64,000 nucleotides of DNA from the NCBI RefSeq assembly GCF_006345805.1, contig NC_043001.1:128836001-128900000 (forward strand), given 5' to 3'. A program made the position numbers and the translations under genes. The notes under the pieces were generated by a model. The model ran no database searches and was not told the DNA's origin. It saw only the letters and a list, made by a program, of their open reading frames with translations. Source of the DNA: Octopus sinensis. Lineage: Eukaryota. This document shows positions 12,339 to 25,332 of the stretch, piece after piece; within the stretch, counting starts at the first letter, position 1; each line of letters begins with the position of its first letter.

Positions 12339-13878
12339 GGTAAGGGAAATGGTTCCATGAAGTGGGTTACTGGTAGCACCAAAAGGGAGAAGAGATATGA
12401 TTGATTGATTCTAGTTTCAGCTCACGAGCTGTGGCCATGCTGGGGCACCACCGTGCAGTTTGGTTCTCATATAATTACAGCAACAGAGAAATAGTGTTGT
12501 AGAGGAGTGGAGGAGAGCTGAGCTTTATGAAGATGAATTGCTGGTAAAGATTGACTAGTACAGATTGTGTGCAAGGGCATAGATATTAATGATATGCTTT
12601 GTGGACCTTGTTTTTACTGAGATGGACGGGCCTTCTCAAGCATGGTATTTTACCATTCATTGCAACTAATTGCCATCTCCTCCATGAGGCTCAACAACCT
12701 GGTTTCACTTTGTATTTCTCATGTCTTCTTCAAGTTTCATCCTCATTTAATGATCAACACTTCTTTATGCAGCTCTCCTCATCCATATTCATTGCATGAC
12801 CATACTAGTGCAGTTTTTTTTTGTTATACATTATATTTCTTACCTCTTACACTCAATTTTCATTTCAACACTTTTCGATGTTGTCATTTCTTCACTTCTC
12901 TCTAGTCATATGTATACACACACATACATACACATGTATAATACTTTTTAGAAGCAGAAACATTACAGATTCTAAATGTAAGTTCTTTTGTTTCCCATCA
13001 GCAGATGATTATCAAAAATTTAAGAATATGAGATAGATATATAAAAGACATACATATATTTTATGTACCTAAGAGATATGTGGATATTTAACCATATTTC
13101 AGTTAGTTGAAGTTAAACGTAAAATGATCTTATTGGTTTCCCATATGATCAGTTTGTATAAAATAACATAAAATAAGTGAATGGAGATGCAAGAGGTAAC
13201 ATTTTCTGGATGGAGAAAATAAGGAAAATAAAGAGGAATGGGGAATATGAGAATAAAAGAACAAAATTAGTAGAAATATGTTCAATGAAAAAAAAAAAGA
13301 AAAGGAAATTTAGGAAACATAAAATAGACGAGTATGAAAGATAATGAATTATTGAAAGAAAATACAAATGTGCAAAATAACCAAACTGTGTTGGAGAAAT
13401 GAGTTGGAAATGAAATATTTATGTCTTCTGAGTAAGAAATGGAGCTGCAGAAGAGCTTATTGTTTAGAGAGAAACGGAAAGAACTTATCTCTTGGTGGAG
13501 AGAGAAAAAGAGAGTAAGTATTTAAAGTCATGTCTGCAAGAACTCAACAAGTTGAATCTTTCATTTAAAACATCCATGTCATGTAATAAAAAATATAGAA
13601 ACTTTTCACTCAAGCACAGCTTACAATGTAAGTTTGGATTGAAGGATCCATGTTTATATTGTGCTACTTGCTTTAGAATATATTTTGTTTTATTTTGAAT
13701 GTAATCAGATCAGATTTTTAAAAACTCAAATGTACTTAGGATAAAATTTTTTTCTCTGGGTGACTGAAGGAATGGATGTGCTAGTCAAAATCATCTTGAA
13801 TTTGTTTACAATTAATCCAGTGCAAGAGTTAAACACGGTGCTACTGACATGTTCTACTTTATCAGATTAAACTAATAC

Positions 13879-13913
13879 CTCCAAGGGGCAAATAGCATTG
13901 AGAGGACAAGTGT
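13879..13913 (-). CDS. Possible further exon of the minus-strand gene (HTCPLNAICPLE), uncertain
   Basis: tttcattgttacag| ..35 nt.. GAG|gtatta, phase-compatible with the 14132 exon. Alternative acceptors near 14035-14043 also fit and could give a terminal exon instead. Confidence 0.2.
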
Positions 13914-14131
13914 CTGTAACAATGAAATTACATGTAGGTGAAGGAGCAGTATTATTGATATCAGATAATCTTTTTGAATTGAAATGGTTAGGTGAACCAG
14001 CAAAACTTTTACTCTAAGAATAACTGACTTTAGCTGTGATTCTATTAAAGATGTTGTCATCATTGTCATCATCAAGATCAACAATAACAACACAATAAAT
14101 ACAAAAATAAAATCAATTCTTGAACACTTAC

Positions 14132-14208
14132 GTTTGTCTTGAGAATCTTCAGGAACTAGTGAGACTGTACTAAGACATCTGTGAGTTTCGTTATTTAGTA
14201 ACAGAAAC
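14132..14208 (-). CDS. Candidate internal exon (R-FLLLNNETHRCLSTVSLVPEDSQDK), 77 nt, phase 2 to 1
   Basis: Acceptor ctttctgatacatttgcag|G, donor AAC|gtaagt. Only one frame is open. It lies in unique, non-repeat sequence. Confidence 0.5.
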
Positions 14209-14266
14209 CTGCAAATGTATCAGAAAGTAACATTAATGATCAACATATATTTACGAATTTTCAGAG

Positions 14267-14311
<45 letters not shown>

Positions 14312-14602
14312 GTTGTAACAATTATCAAAGGTGCAAGCTGGAAGAATCAAAAGGCAAAGTTGACCTTGGTAGAATTTGAACTCTGCAAAGATGGTTGAAT
14401 TGGCACAAAGCATTTTGTTCAGCATGGTAATGATTCTACCAGCTTACTTTCTGCTAACGGCACAAGTCCTGAAATTTGGGGGAGGAGGTTTACTTTATTT
14501 CATCAACCCTAGTGTTTAACTGGTACTTATTTTTAACAATCCCACAAGGATGAAAGGTGAAGTCAAACTCGGTGGAATTTGAACTCAATGCAAAGACAGA
14601 AA

Positions 14603-14638
<36 letters not shown>

Positions 14639-14644
14639 TAATAA

Positions 14645-15120
14645 TGATAGTGAAGGCTAGAAAGAGGCAAGACATGGTATGAGCACAAATTTCCCAATCC
14701 AGATTGGACCTAGTGGTGGTGGACAAGGTGCACCACATATGCTACATAGTTGATATTATATGCCTCTTTGACCCATGAACAGCTAAGAAGGAGGGCGAAA
14801 AGATAGATAAGTACAACCCTCTGAAGTACCAAATAGCCCGGCTATGAAAAATAAAGAAGGTGAAGATAGTGCTAGTTATTGTTGGGTCCTTGGGAACAGT
14901 ATCAGAAGGCATCAAGGGGAATATAAAGGAAATTGGAATAGAGAGCCCAGCAGAACAATTACAAAAGGTTTGTCTCCTTGGCATGGCCAGAATAATCAGG
15001 AAAGTATTAGATAGCTGAAAAGAATGGATAGCATGGTACTGTAGGCTGCAGGTAGCAATCCCGCTACACATGTGAGACTCCAGGAGCTCCAAGAAAACCT
15101 GTGATAATGAGAAAATAATG
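14645..15120 (+). mobile_element. R4/Dong-like non-LTR retrotransposon 3' fragment (restriction-like endonuclease domain)
   Basis: 14698-15018 reads SRLDLVVVDKVHHICYIVDIICLFDP*TAKKEGEKIDKYNPLKYQIARL*KIKKVKIVLVIVGSLGTVSEGIK..LQKVCLLGMARIIRKVLDS*, i.e. a (P)D..D..EK..KY REL pattern with two internal stops. It ends in an (AAT/GAT)n tail. Confidence 0.8.
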
Positions 15121-15591
15121 ATGATGATGGTTTCAAATTTTGGCACAAGGCCAGCAAGTTTGGGGGTGAAGTAAACCGGTTACATCAACCCCAGTGTTGA
15201 ACTGGTACTTATTTTATCGACCCTGAAATGACGAAAGGCCAAGTTGACCTCAGTAGAATTTGAACTCAGAATGTAAAGATGGATAAAATACCACTAAGTA
15301 TTTGGCCCAGGATGGCTAATGATTTTGCCAGGTTGGTGCTTTAATAACAACAACAACAACACAACAACAACAACAATAATAATCCTTCTACTAAAGGCAC
15401 AAGGCCTCAAATTTTTGGGGAAGGGACTAGTTGATTACATTGATCCAAGTGTCTCACTTGTACTTTATTTATTGACCCCCAAAGGGTGAAAGGCAAAGTC
15501 GACCTTGGTGGAATTTGAACTCAGAACGTAAAGATGGACGAATTACCACTAAGCATTTTGCCCGGTGTGCTAACAAAATAAAAAAAAAAAA

Positions 15592-15635
<44 letters not shown>

Positions 15636-16699
15636 TAATAATAATAATAATAATGATAATAATAACAACAACAACAACTACTACTGCATTAATAATTTTC
15701 AACACCACTATTACACAATTTATCATCACAATTGTCATGATCATCACCTACATCACCCACCACCACTACTACCACCTCTACCACTACCAACATATCATCG
15801 ACATCAAAAGCAACAGCAACATCAACAACCATTACAGGGTTGTGGTTTTAAGCTTTTTATCTAAACAACGTGCCAACATAACATGGCACTTTTGTGTGTG
15901 AAATGATCCATCAATGATAAGAGTGTACATCCAAGACAGGTATGTATAAATTTTTTGTTTGTACATAGTATTTTGATTTTTTTTTTTGTTTAGAAATTTT
16001 TATTATCTATGTTTATCTACTTATTTATTTATTTGTTTATTTGTTTATGTATTCATTTTTGGTCAAATGCACAGTTGTCCGAATAATGGCCAATCTATTT
16101 TTGGCTATTTGCTTTGACAGAAATTTCAACAGCCAACAGAAACCAATCATCTACTTCTATTCTTATCAAAGAAAAAATCAAAAAAAAAATCACAGAGGAA
16201 AGATGGAAGAGGTACCAAAGATATACAGAAAAAACAACCAAAAAAAAAAAGAAAAGAAATTGCAAAAAAAACCCCCACAACAAAACATTACCCTAACAGT
16301 TGAGACCCACTCTTCCTTCACCACCAAAACTCACACACACACACAAAAAAAGGGAAAAATTGACTGCAATATGAAAAATGCATTCATATATCATTGTTGC
16401 CATTATGTCATAGCTATTGTCATCATGATGCTTATAAATGTCATTGTCATCGCTTTAGCATTCATTTTTTTTTCCAGGTTAGAAGGGATGAAAATGAGCA
16501 AATTATATCTGCAATATAATACACACACACACACACACATATTTATATATGTATGAATATGTTTGTTATCTGATATGCTATGAGATAGCTGTTTGTTGGA
16601 CAGACCATTTTAATATAACATTTATACATAAGTATATAATATATATGTGGTGTGTGTGTGTATATATATATGTATATATATATGCATGTATATATGTAT

Positions 16700-16743
<44 letters not shown>

Positions 16744-16866
16744 ATATATATGTATGTATATATATATATGTGTGTGTGTATATATATATATGCATGTGTG
16801 TACGTGTGTGTGTACATAAATGTATATGTATATACACACACACACACACATCTATATATATGTATT

Positions 16867-16926
<60 letters not shown>

Positions 16927-17609
16927 GTGTGTATATATATATACATATATATATGATACACACATGCACATATATACACACATACACTTAGACATAAATA
17001 TATACATCTATATGCAAAAATAGACACGTGTATGTATGTGCATTACAGATATTTATAGTACATAGAGAAATATAGATATGTATGTATATTGCAATACATT
17101 TTTTCTTCCATTTTTCGCTTTGTTTGTGCGACTGTTGTTGACAATGCGGACAGAACGACTACGAGAAAAATATGCTGCAGGTTTCATATTTTTTCAATAA
17201 CAAAAACCTTGTACATGCTTGCAATTTGTGTAATAACTTAGCAATTCTTAAAAGCTACTCATTAAGATATGAATTATTCATACATCATCATTATCATCAT
17301 CATCATCAACATTATTGATAGCTGCTTGAGCATTACTTTCATTTTCTCTCTCTGTCTTTCTCTCTTCCTCTCTCTCTCTCTCTCTCTCTCTGTCTCCCTT
17401 GATCTTGATCTTCATGTTTATGTTTTTCTAATACGTGGAGAAGAGCACATAATAATAATAATAAAAAAAGATATTCTTTTTGAAGGTAAATAGTTTTGCT
17501 TATATAAAACCACTTCATTCCAGCAAGCATTTAGATAACTTTTATATATACATATATACATGCATATATATACATATATACATATATACATGCATATATA
17601 TATATATAT

Positions 17610-17659
<50 letters not shown>

Positions 17660-17743
17660 ATATATATTATATATATTATGTATGTATATATATATATGTA
17701 TTTACATATATAAGTATGTATGTATATACATATATCTGTCTGT

Positions 17744-17805
<62 letters not shown>

Positions 17806-17980
17806 CTAACAACCTTTTATATAACCTTCCTATATATACATACATCATTATTACTATCATCAGGATCTTAAATTATATACACCAGTTCTTCTACTCTGAT
17901 ATTATATATATATATATATATACATACATACATACATGCATATATATATATATATATACTCAAAAGCATACATACATTCA

Positions 17981-18052
<72 letters not shown>

Positions 18053-19021
18053 CACATATATACATACACATATATATATATGTATATATGTGTATATATA
18101 TATATATATAATACACACACACACATATGTATGCATGTATGTATGTATGTATGTATGTATGTAATGAAGGGCTTTTGCTTATTCTTTGTGTCAGAAAGAA
18201 AAAGCGGAACCATTATTCATGTAGATGGATTTTGGTGACAAATATGTTTATATGAATAAGGGATGCTTTTGCAATTTCAAAACACTTGACTGCAGATACT
18301 CCCCACCATCAGACATTTCTTGTGCTTTTCCTTTTCTTTTGTCTTTTTCTTTATCCCCACCGTCTCATTATGTTATCACTTGATTTTCTTCCTTTTTTTT
18401 TCTTGTCCTTTTCATCCCTCTTCCCCATCTTTTCTCCTCCCTCTCACCCTCTCCTGTTCCCCCTCGCTGCCATCACCACCTCTGTTACCACTATCATCAC
18501 CTTATCCTCCCCTTCCTATTCTCCTTCTACTCTGTCTCTGTCTCTCTCTCTCTCACTTATGCACACTACTTAAGACTCCATATAGCATGAGAAAGACTCT
18601 TCAACATTGTTTCCCAACATATTTTCCCCCAGGCCCTACTATAACTTTCCAGAAAAATGTATGCCCTACCGGTGGTTGGAAAGAAACAACAACTTTATTT
18701 TTAATATTTTATCAAAATTATGTGAGGTAAGAAGCTTGCTTTCCCAACCACATCGTTCTGGGTTCAGTCCCACTGTGTGACACATTGGGCAAGTGTTTTG
18801 ATAGCCTCAGACCAACCAAAGCTTTGTAAGTGGATTCAGTAGAACGAAAGCTGAAAGAAGCCTGTTGTGTATATATACATACATACATATACATCATCAT
18901 CATCATCGTTTAACGTCCGTTCTCCATGCTAGCATGGGTTGGACGGTTCGACCAGGGATCTGGGAAGCCCGAAGGCTGCACCAGGCTCCAGTCTTATCTG
19001 GCAATGTTTCTATATATATAC

Positions 19022-19069
<48 letters not shown>

Positions 19070-19076
<7 letters not shown>

Positions 19077-19282
19077 TTGGTGAATTGAAGAAATGGAGTT
19101 GAACGAAGATTGAACAGAAATCGTTTTATTGCATTCTACACGTGTTTCGAAAGGCACAATTTACCAAATTCCGATTGAATCACAGTCTTCTGCTGTGATT
19201 TTTGCTACCAAGGTATCGGTTAAACTTTTGATTAATCTGCAACAAGATTATTCATCTTTCTATTTCACAAAATATTATATAT

Positions 19283-19324
<42 letters not shown>

Positions 19325-19515
19325 TTGGTGAATTGAAGAAATGGAGTTGAACGAAGATTGAACAGAAATCGTTTTATTGCATTCTACACGTGTTTCGAAA
19401 GGCACAATTTACCAAATTCCGATTGAATCACAGTCTTCTGCTGTGATTTTTGCTACCAAGGTATCGGTTAAACTTTTGATTAATCTGCAACAAGATTATT
19501 CATCTTTCTATTTCA

Positions 19516-19522
<7 letters not shown>
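19070..19522 (-). repeat. Two identical 205-bp units (period 248) separated by (TA)n; Penelope pLTR-like
   Basis: 19070-19274 equals 19318-19522. Each contains minus-strand CGAAAC-ACGT-GTA followed by AATAAA. Confidence 0.85.
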
Positions 19523-19552
<30 letters not shown>

Positions 19553-20611
19553 CATATATACATACATACATACATACACACACACACATATATATATATA
19601 TGTATATACCTCTGTGTGTGTGTCTTTGTGTCTGTGTTTGTCCTCCCATCATCACTTGACAACCAGTGTTGGTGTGTTTATGTCCCTGTAGCTTAACTGT
19701 ACAGCAAAGGGACAAATAGAATAGGCTTAAAAATAGGTTCTTGGGTCAAGCAGTTTGACAAAGACACTTCAAGGTGGTGCTCCAGCATGGCTACAGTCAA
19801 TTGACTGAAACATCTAAGAAAATAAAATACAAATAATCTACCAGTAACTCGTTTATTAAGTACTGAGTAAAATAAAAGTACATCATTGATTAAGAAGGAA
19901 AAACAAAGATTTTCACAATTCCATGTCCTACCTTAAAAAAAAAAAAAAAGAAATCAATTTGGACCCCATGCTCCACCAGTGGGGGGGGGGGAGCATATGC
20001 CCATGTTGGGAATCATTGCTTTACATGGATGGCTACTTAGCATTTTGGGAAAAACAAGGAAATCTTTTACAAAATACACTTACCAGCTTGAGTCCCCCAC
20101 AAAAAAAAACAAAAAAAAACAATACAAAATCAAAACACCCAAAGGATGTATCAGGTATTGTAAGTGTAGAATAAACTAGATTTGATAAGACTGGATATTC
20201 AAGCCTTGAATATACTGTTGCTTGTCCCCTCCTCATTTATAAGCCACTTCTGTCTCTCACGTCCCCCCGTTCCAGGCTGATATTTACTATCACCACACCT
20301 CCACCTTTGTTCATCACTCTCTACATCCACCTCTGGTCCCATCTCTAACCCTCTGTCCCTCTTCCCCCCCCCATCTCTTTTGAAATTATCCACTGTTTCT
20401 TTCCTTTCTATTCCACTGCCAATATTCTCCTTCAAACCCACCTTCTTGTAGCTTGAGAGCATGTTCAGGCATCCCATCATCATCATCTTTATCTACTTTT
20501 CAGTTACTTTCACTAACATTCACAAAATACGAGACTGCCATGTATCTCCTCTATGCCAGGTGTCTATGACTGAAGTATAATAGTGTCTCTCTATCATACA
20601 TATTTTAGCCA

Positions 20612-21031
20612 GTGGAGGCGCAATGGCCCAGTGGTTAGGGCAGCGGACTCGCGGTCATAGGATCGCGGTCATAGGATCGCGGTCATAGGATCACGGTTTC
20701 GATTCCCAGACCGGGCGTTGTGAGTGTTTATTGAACGAAAACACCTAAAAGCTCCACGAGGCTCCGGCAGGGGATGGTGGTGATCCCTGCTGTACTCTTT
20801 CACCACAACTTTCTCTCACTCTTACTTCCTGTTTCTGTTGTACCTGTATTTCAAGGGGCCGGCCTTGTCACTCTCTGTGTCACGCTGAATATCCCCGAGA
20901 ACTACGTTAAGGGTACACGTGTCTGTGGAGTGCTCAGCCACTTACACGTTAATTTCACAAGCAGGCTGTTCCGTTGATTCGGATCAACCGGAACCCTCAT
21001 CGTCGTAACCGACGGAGTGCTTCCACCACAC
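20612..21031 (+). mobile_element. SINE family D with 14-bp target-site duplication
   Basis: TSD ACATATTTTAGCCA (20598-20611 and 21032-21045), tRNA head GGCGCAATGGCCCAGTGGTTAGGGC and 3' domain GTGGAGTGCTCAGCCACTT..CGACGGAGTGC. The same head with a different body occurs at about 45905-46200. Confidence 0.9.
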
Positions 21032-21345
21032 ACATATTTTAGCCATAGACACCTGGCATACAACCAGTGTCTATGGCTAAAGATCTCTTTTCCAAATATC
21101 CTTTAGTCAAGGAGGCTTTTTCCTTTTCCTTTCTTTCCTTAGCCTTGCAAGTTGCCTTGGAAATCTCCTTAGTGTTGATGTCATGAAAAAAGTACCCAGT
21201 ACACATTGTAAAATGGTTGGTTTTAGGAAGGGCATCCAATCATAGAAACCATACCAAAACTGACACTGGGGCCTGACACATCTCTGTGGCTTGCTGGATC
21301 CTGTCAAACTTGCTAACCCATGCCAGCACGGAAGAAGGACATTAA

Positions 21346-21387
<42 letters not shown>

Positions 21388-21720
21388 TTGATGATGATAT
21401 ATGAGGAATATTGAGATTTTACAAACTTTAGCTGATTTTTTTCTAAGACTGTAATACAGCGTAATGTAATCATATACTGCAGTGTAGAGAAGTGTCTGAA
21501 GTGGTTAGAATATATTCCATTTCATGCTTCATTTGCACATTGATTTCTACAGTAAGATCAAATCACGCTTTAGTTCAGCATTTTGCCATTTCCATATTAA
21601 CTATCTGAACCGTTTTTGTCATAAGAATTAGTTATTCTATCTGTCATTTTATGTAGGTAGACAGTTTAACTGCTGCCACTATCATCCTCCTCATCTTCAT
21701 CAATATTCATTATACAATAA

Positions 21721-22090
21721 AACAAGAGCACTCAGAGAGTACAAACTTCTGCCAAGGCAACACCAACGTCCTCTCAACGATTAGCCAAAGATGATTTTTA
21801 GAATGAGAATACCTGAAATAAACTCGACTGCTCTCACAAATGAAAATACTAAAAATGAACCTGACCACTCTCAAAAATTAAGTAAAAAAAAAAACAGGAA
21901 AAATAATCCAGAATCCTTGTCTGGTACCAGATTAACCCCCAAATCTAATCAGTTTGTGCCAGTCATGAGGCCAAACATCTCTGAAAGTTTCATCTAAATC
22001 CATCCAGAGGTTCTTGAGATATCTTGTCCATGGACAAACAAACAAACGTGACTGAGAACAATACTTCCGCCTCAGCAAAGGCAGAGGTAA
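21721..22090 (+). mobile_element. Non-autonomous HINE/Helentron-like element, copy 2
   Basis: AACAAGAGCACTCAGAGAG start and 3' stem-loop ACTTCCGCC-TCAGCAAA-GGCAGAGGT. Homologous to 827-1183. Confidence 0.6.
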
Positions 22091-23373
22091 AAACCAAATT
22101 TACTGAGTACTAATTTTAAAACTATTTCTATAGTTTCTTCTAATCTGATTAAATTTCGTTACTTCTCATTTATTTTGAAAATTTATTTTTTCAAAATCCT
22201 TTTAGAATTTTTGACTGAACACTCAAATACAAAACTTCATTATACAGTTTTAGGCCCTTTTTACTTAATTCATAATTTACATGTTAAACATTTGATATCC
22301 TTTGACATAGTCTTTGCCTCATTCATACTTATCCTATAATTTTTATGAGAAAATAATGACACGCTATGAAAAAGTCTATCAACATCATCAGCATTTATTT
22401 CATTTTATATATATTTATCATATATTCAATAATTTGTGTTTTTTTTTTGCCTTTTCTCCATCTTTTAAGCCTTATATATACAATGATAAAAATTTTTCTG
22501 TATTTTAGTGTTCTTTTACTTTCATTTGTTTCAGTCATTAGACTGTGGCCATGCTGGAGCACCACCTTCATGAGGTTTTAGTCAAACGAGTTGACCCCAG
22601 TACTTATTCTTTTATTAAGTCTGGTACTTATACTATTGGTTTCGTTTGCCAAACTGCTAAGTCCCAGGGGCATAAACACACCAGCACTGGTTGTTAAGTG
22701 GTAGTGTGACACACACACACACACACACCACACACACACAATGGATCCTTTCAGTTTCTGTCAACCACATCCACTGACAAGGCTCTGGTCTGACCAAGGC
22801 TATAGTAGAAGACACTTGCCCAAGTTGCCATGTATTGGAACTGAACCTGAAACCATGTGACTAGGAAGCAAGAATTAAAATCTTAGAACAAGAATTAAAA
22901 TCTTAGAAAAGTACCAAATCTAAATCTGAAATCCCATCTATTTCACGTAACTGAATTTGATGAGTTAGCAGTGAAAGTTTAAATAGATTATTAAAACTGT
23001 TGATATACTTCAAATTCAAATTTCGTTTTTCATACATCCACTTGCAGTGTTTGACTTTTCCTTCATCGTGAAAAGTACAAAGAAGCAGAGAAGAAGGGGT
23101 AAGATTTTTTTCTTTCAATGTGAGTTACAGATGTTTCAGAACATGGAATAAGATAAAATGACTGAAAATTACAAAAAAAAACGAAAAAGAATAATTTTTG
23201 TGGTTGTTGCTGTTCAACGGAGTGTTTGCTACACTCATACTTTTTATATATTACCATCACAAGAAATTAGAATTCAGTGAAATATTCTATTAAGCATCGT
23301 TAACATCCTATTATCCTTATACACACACACACACACAAATATATCTGTGTGTGTATATATATATATATATATA

Positions 23374-23763
23374 TTCTTTTACTTGTTTCAGTCATTTGAC
23401 TGCGGCCATGCTGGAGCACCACCTTTAATCGAGCAACTTGACCCCGGGACTTATTCTTTCGTAAGCCCAGTACTTATTCTATCAGTCTCTTTTGCCGAAC
23501 CGCTAAGTAACGGGGACATAAACACACCAGCATCGGTTGTCAAGCAATGCTAGAGGGACAAACACAGACACACAACCACACACACACACATATATATATA
23601 TATATGATTGGCTTCTTTCAGTTTCCGTCTACCAAATCCGCTCACAAGGCTTTGGTCGGCCTGAGGCTATAGTAGAAGACACTTGCCCAAGGTGCCACGC
23701 AGTGGGACTGAACCCGGAACCATGAGGTTGGTAAACAAGCTACTTACCACACAGCCACTCCTG
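23374..23763 (-). mobile_element. SINE family A, full length
   Basis: Same layout as 3531-3953, low divergence. Confidence 0.9.
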
Positions 23764-23895
23764 ATATATATACATATATCTATTTATGCCTGTGTGTATG
23801 TATATATATATTCTTTTAGTTTTTATATATACATATTATATACATAAAATGAATATAGACAGCTGTGTGCAATGTTTTACCAAACAGGAAAACTA

Positions 23896-24226
23896 TAAAT
23901 GTCACAAAATATGACTAGGGTGTTAGAACACCTACATTGTTAGAAATAAGAGCTAAAAATCTCTAATGCTGTAGTTAAAGCCCATAATTGTATACATATG
24001 TGCTGAGAGGGACTGGAATCGCCCAAAAGCACCGGTTGAGAGTTCCCTATACTGATCGGTCAGTTTTGGCTAATTCTGTAGCCTCATCAGTAGGGACTGG
24101 TGCTTTGGGGCAATTACACTCCTTCTCAGTACACATGTATATAATTATGTGCTTTAACTATACCATTAGAGCTTTTTAGCTTTTATTTCTAGCAATGTAG
24201 GTGTTCTAACACTCTAGTGACATTTA
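23896..24226. mobile_element. Foldback (long inverted repeat) element
   Basis: The left arm from 23914 pairs with the right arm to 24218 over about 95 bp at roughly 85-90% identity. Extra pairing TAAATGTCAC/GTGACATTTA and inner arms continue to the centre. Confidence 0.85.
24044..24096 (-). ncRNA. Type I hammerhead ribozyme motif with a single core lesion (G12A)
   Basis: TCCCTA CTGATGA GGCTA-CAGAAT-TAGCC AAAA CTGA-CCGA-TCAG T A TAGGGA: stem I 6 bp, stem II 5 bp, stem III 5 bp, GUA triplet. GAAA reads AAAA. Confidence 0.85.
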
Positions 24227-24284
24227 CTTATATATATATGTACACACACACATATATATATGTACATATACAAACATACACACG

Positions 24285-24353
<69 letters not shown>

Positions 24354-24563
24354 GTATACATTTACTATACTTTCAGTTTCATTTTTCTATTTCCTTTTTT
24401 CCGATTTTTAAACCTTATAAATCTAATATTGAAAAATTTAAGACGTGGGAAGAGGGTGAGGGAGTAAAATTTATAAACAAACAAATATAAATGCAAAAGC
24501 AAGAAATTGTTCATTGTAAGATTTTAGCTATGACAAAAGAGTAGAGAAAACCATCACCACCAC

Positions 24564-24606
<43 letters not shown>

Positions 24607-24877
24607 GCTATTATTATTATGATCCAATAAGAGCCTCTGGGGGAGCAATTCAAACAACAACAACAACAACAACAACAACACTGTTATAACAAATGAAATC
24701 AAGGCAAACAATACTATATATTGAAAATATACTAAGCAATTGAATCAAATAACAATAAAAATTAACAAGCATTACAAACTTTTAAAAAATATTTATTTAT
24801 GTATATATTTTTTTTTATACTAATGAATTACAAATTATTTATTAATTTACTTTGTCAATTGTAGTGTATTTTCCTAC

Positions 24878-24931
24878 CTTTTGTCTAAAGAATACAGAAT
24901 GCTAGCACCTAAAGCAAAGTTCAGTGATTGC
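24878..24931 (-). CDS. Candidate internal exon (L-QSLNFALGASILYSLDK-R), 54 nt, phase 2 to 2
   Basis: Acceptor tatttccatcag|G, donor AAG|gtagga. Only one frame is open and the phase matches the neighbours. Confidence 0.5.
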
Positions 24932-25039
24932 CTGATGGAAATATAGATCTATTACATAAAAATCTACAGAGTATTTCAACCATAAAATAAACTAATGAAT
25001 GGATTAGTTGAGGTTATGATGATAATTATGATGATGATC

Positions 25040-25070
<31 letters not shown>

Positions 25071-25297
25071 TTGTAGAAGCAGCAATGATGATGATAATAA
25101 TAATATTAATAATGATAATAATAATAATAATAGTAATAATAATGATAATAATAATAATAATAATAATAATAATAGTAATAATAATAATAATATTAATAAT
25201 GATAATAATAGTAATAATAATAATAATAATAAATAAATAAAAAATAATAGTAATAATGGTAATAATAATAATAATAATAATATTAATAATAATAATA

Positions 25298-25332
<35 letters not shown>

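Noticed and set aside
16041-16556. 171-aa plus-strand ORF
   Set aside because: It starts at TTG and is built from A-runs and simple repeats, with no recognisable domain.
17098-17158. Minus-strand 61-nt exon-like segment with all frames open
   Set aside because: The acceptor is good but the donor (gtattg) is weak, and it cannot sit alone between the 24.9 and 14.2 kb exons without breaking phase.
20612-20715. Functional tRNA genes at the SINE heads
   Set aside because: A/B boxes run into SINE bodies with TSDs and there is no complete cloverleaf.
22869-22908. 20-bp tandem duplication; also the 13-bp duplication near 59143-59172
   Set aside because: Ordinary slippage or repair duplications with no further structure.
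23048-23098. Plus-strand exon-like segment (FDFSFIVKSTKKQRRR), and similar ones near 18215, 18632, 16478 and 54567
   Set aside because: The splice signals are plausible but I could not build a convincing chain. This many pseudo-exons are expected by chance in 64 kb.
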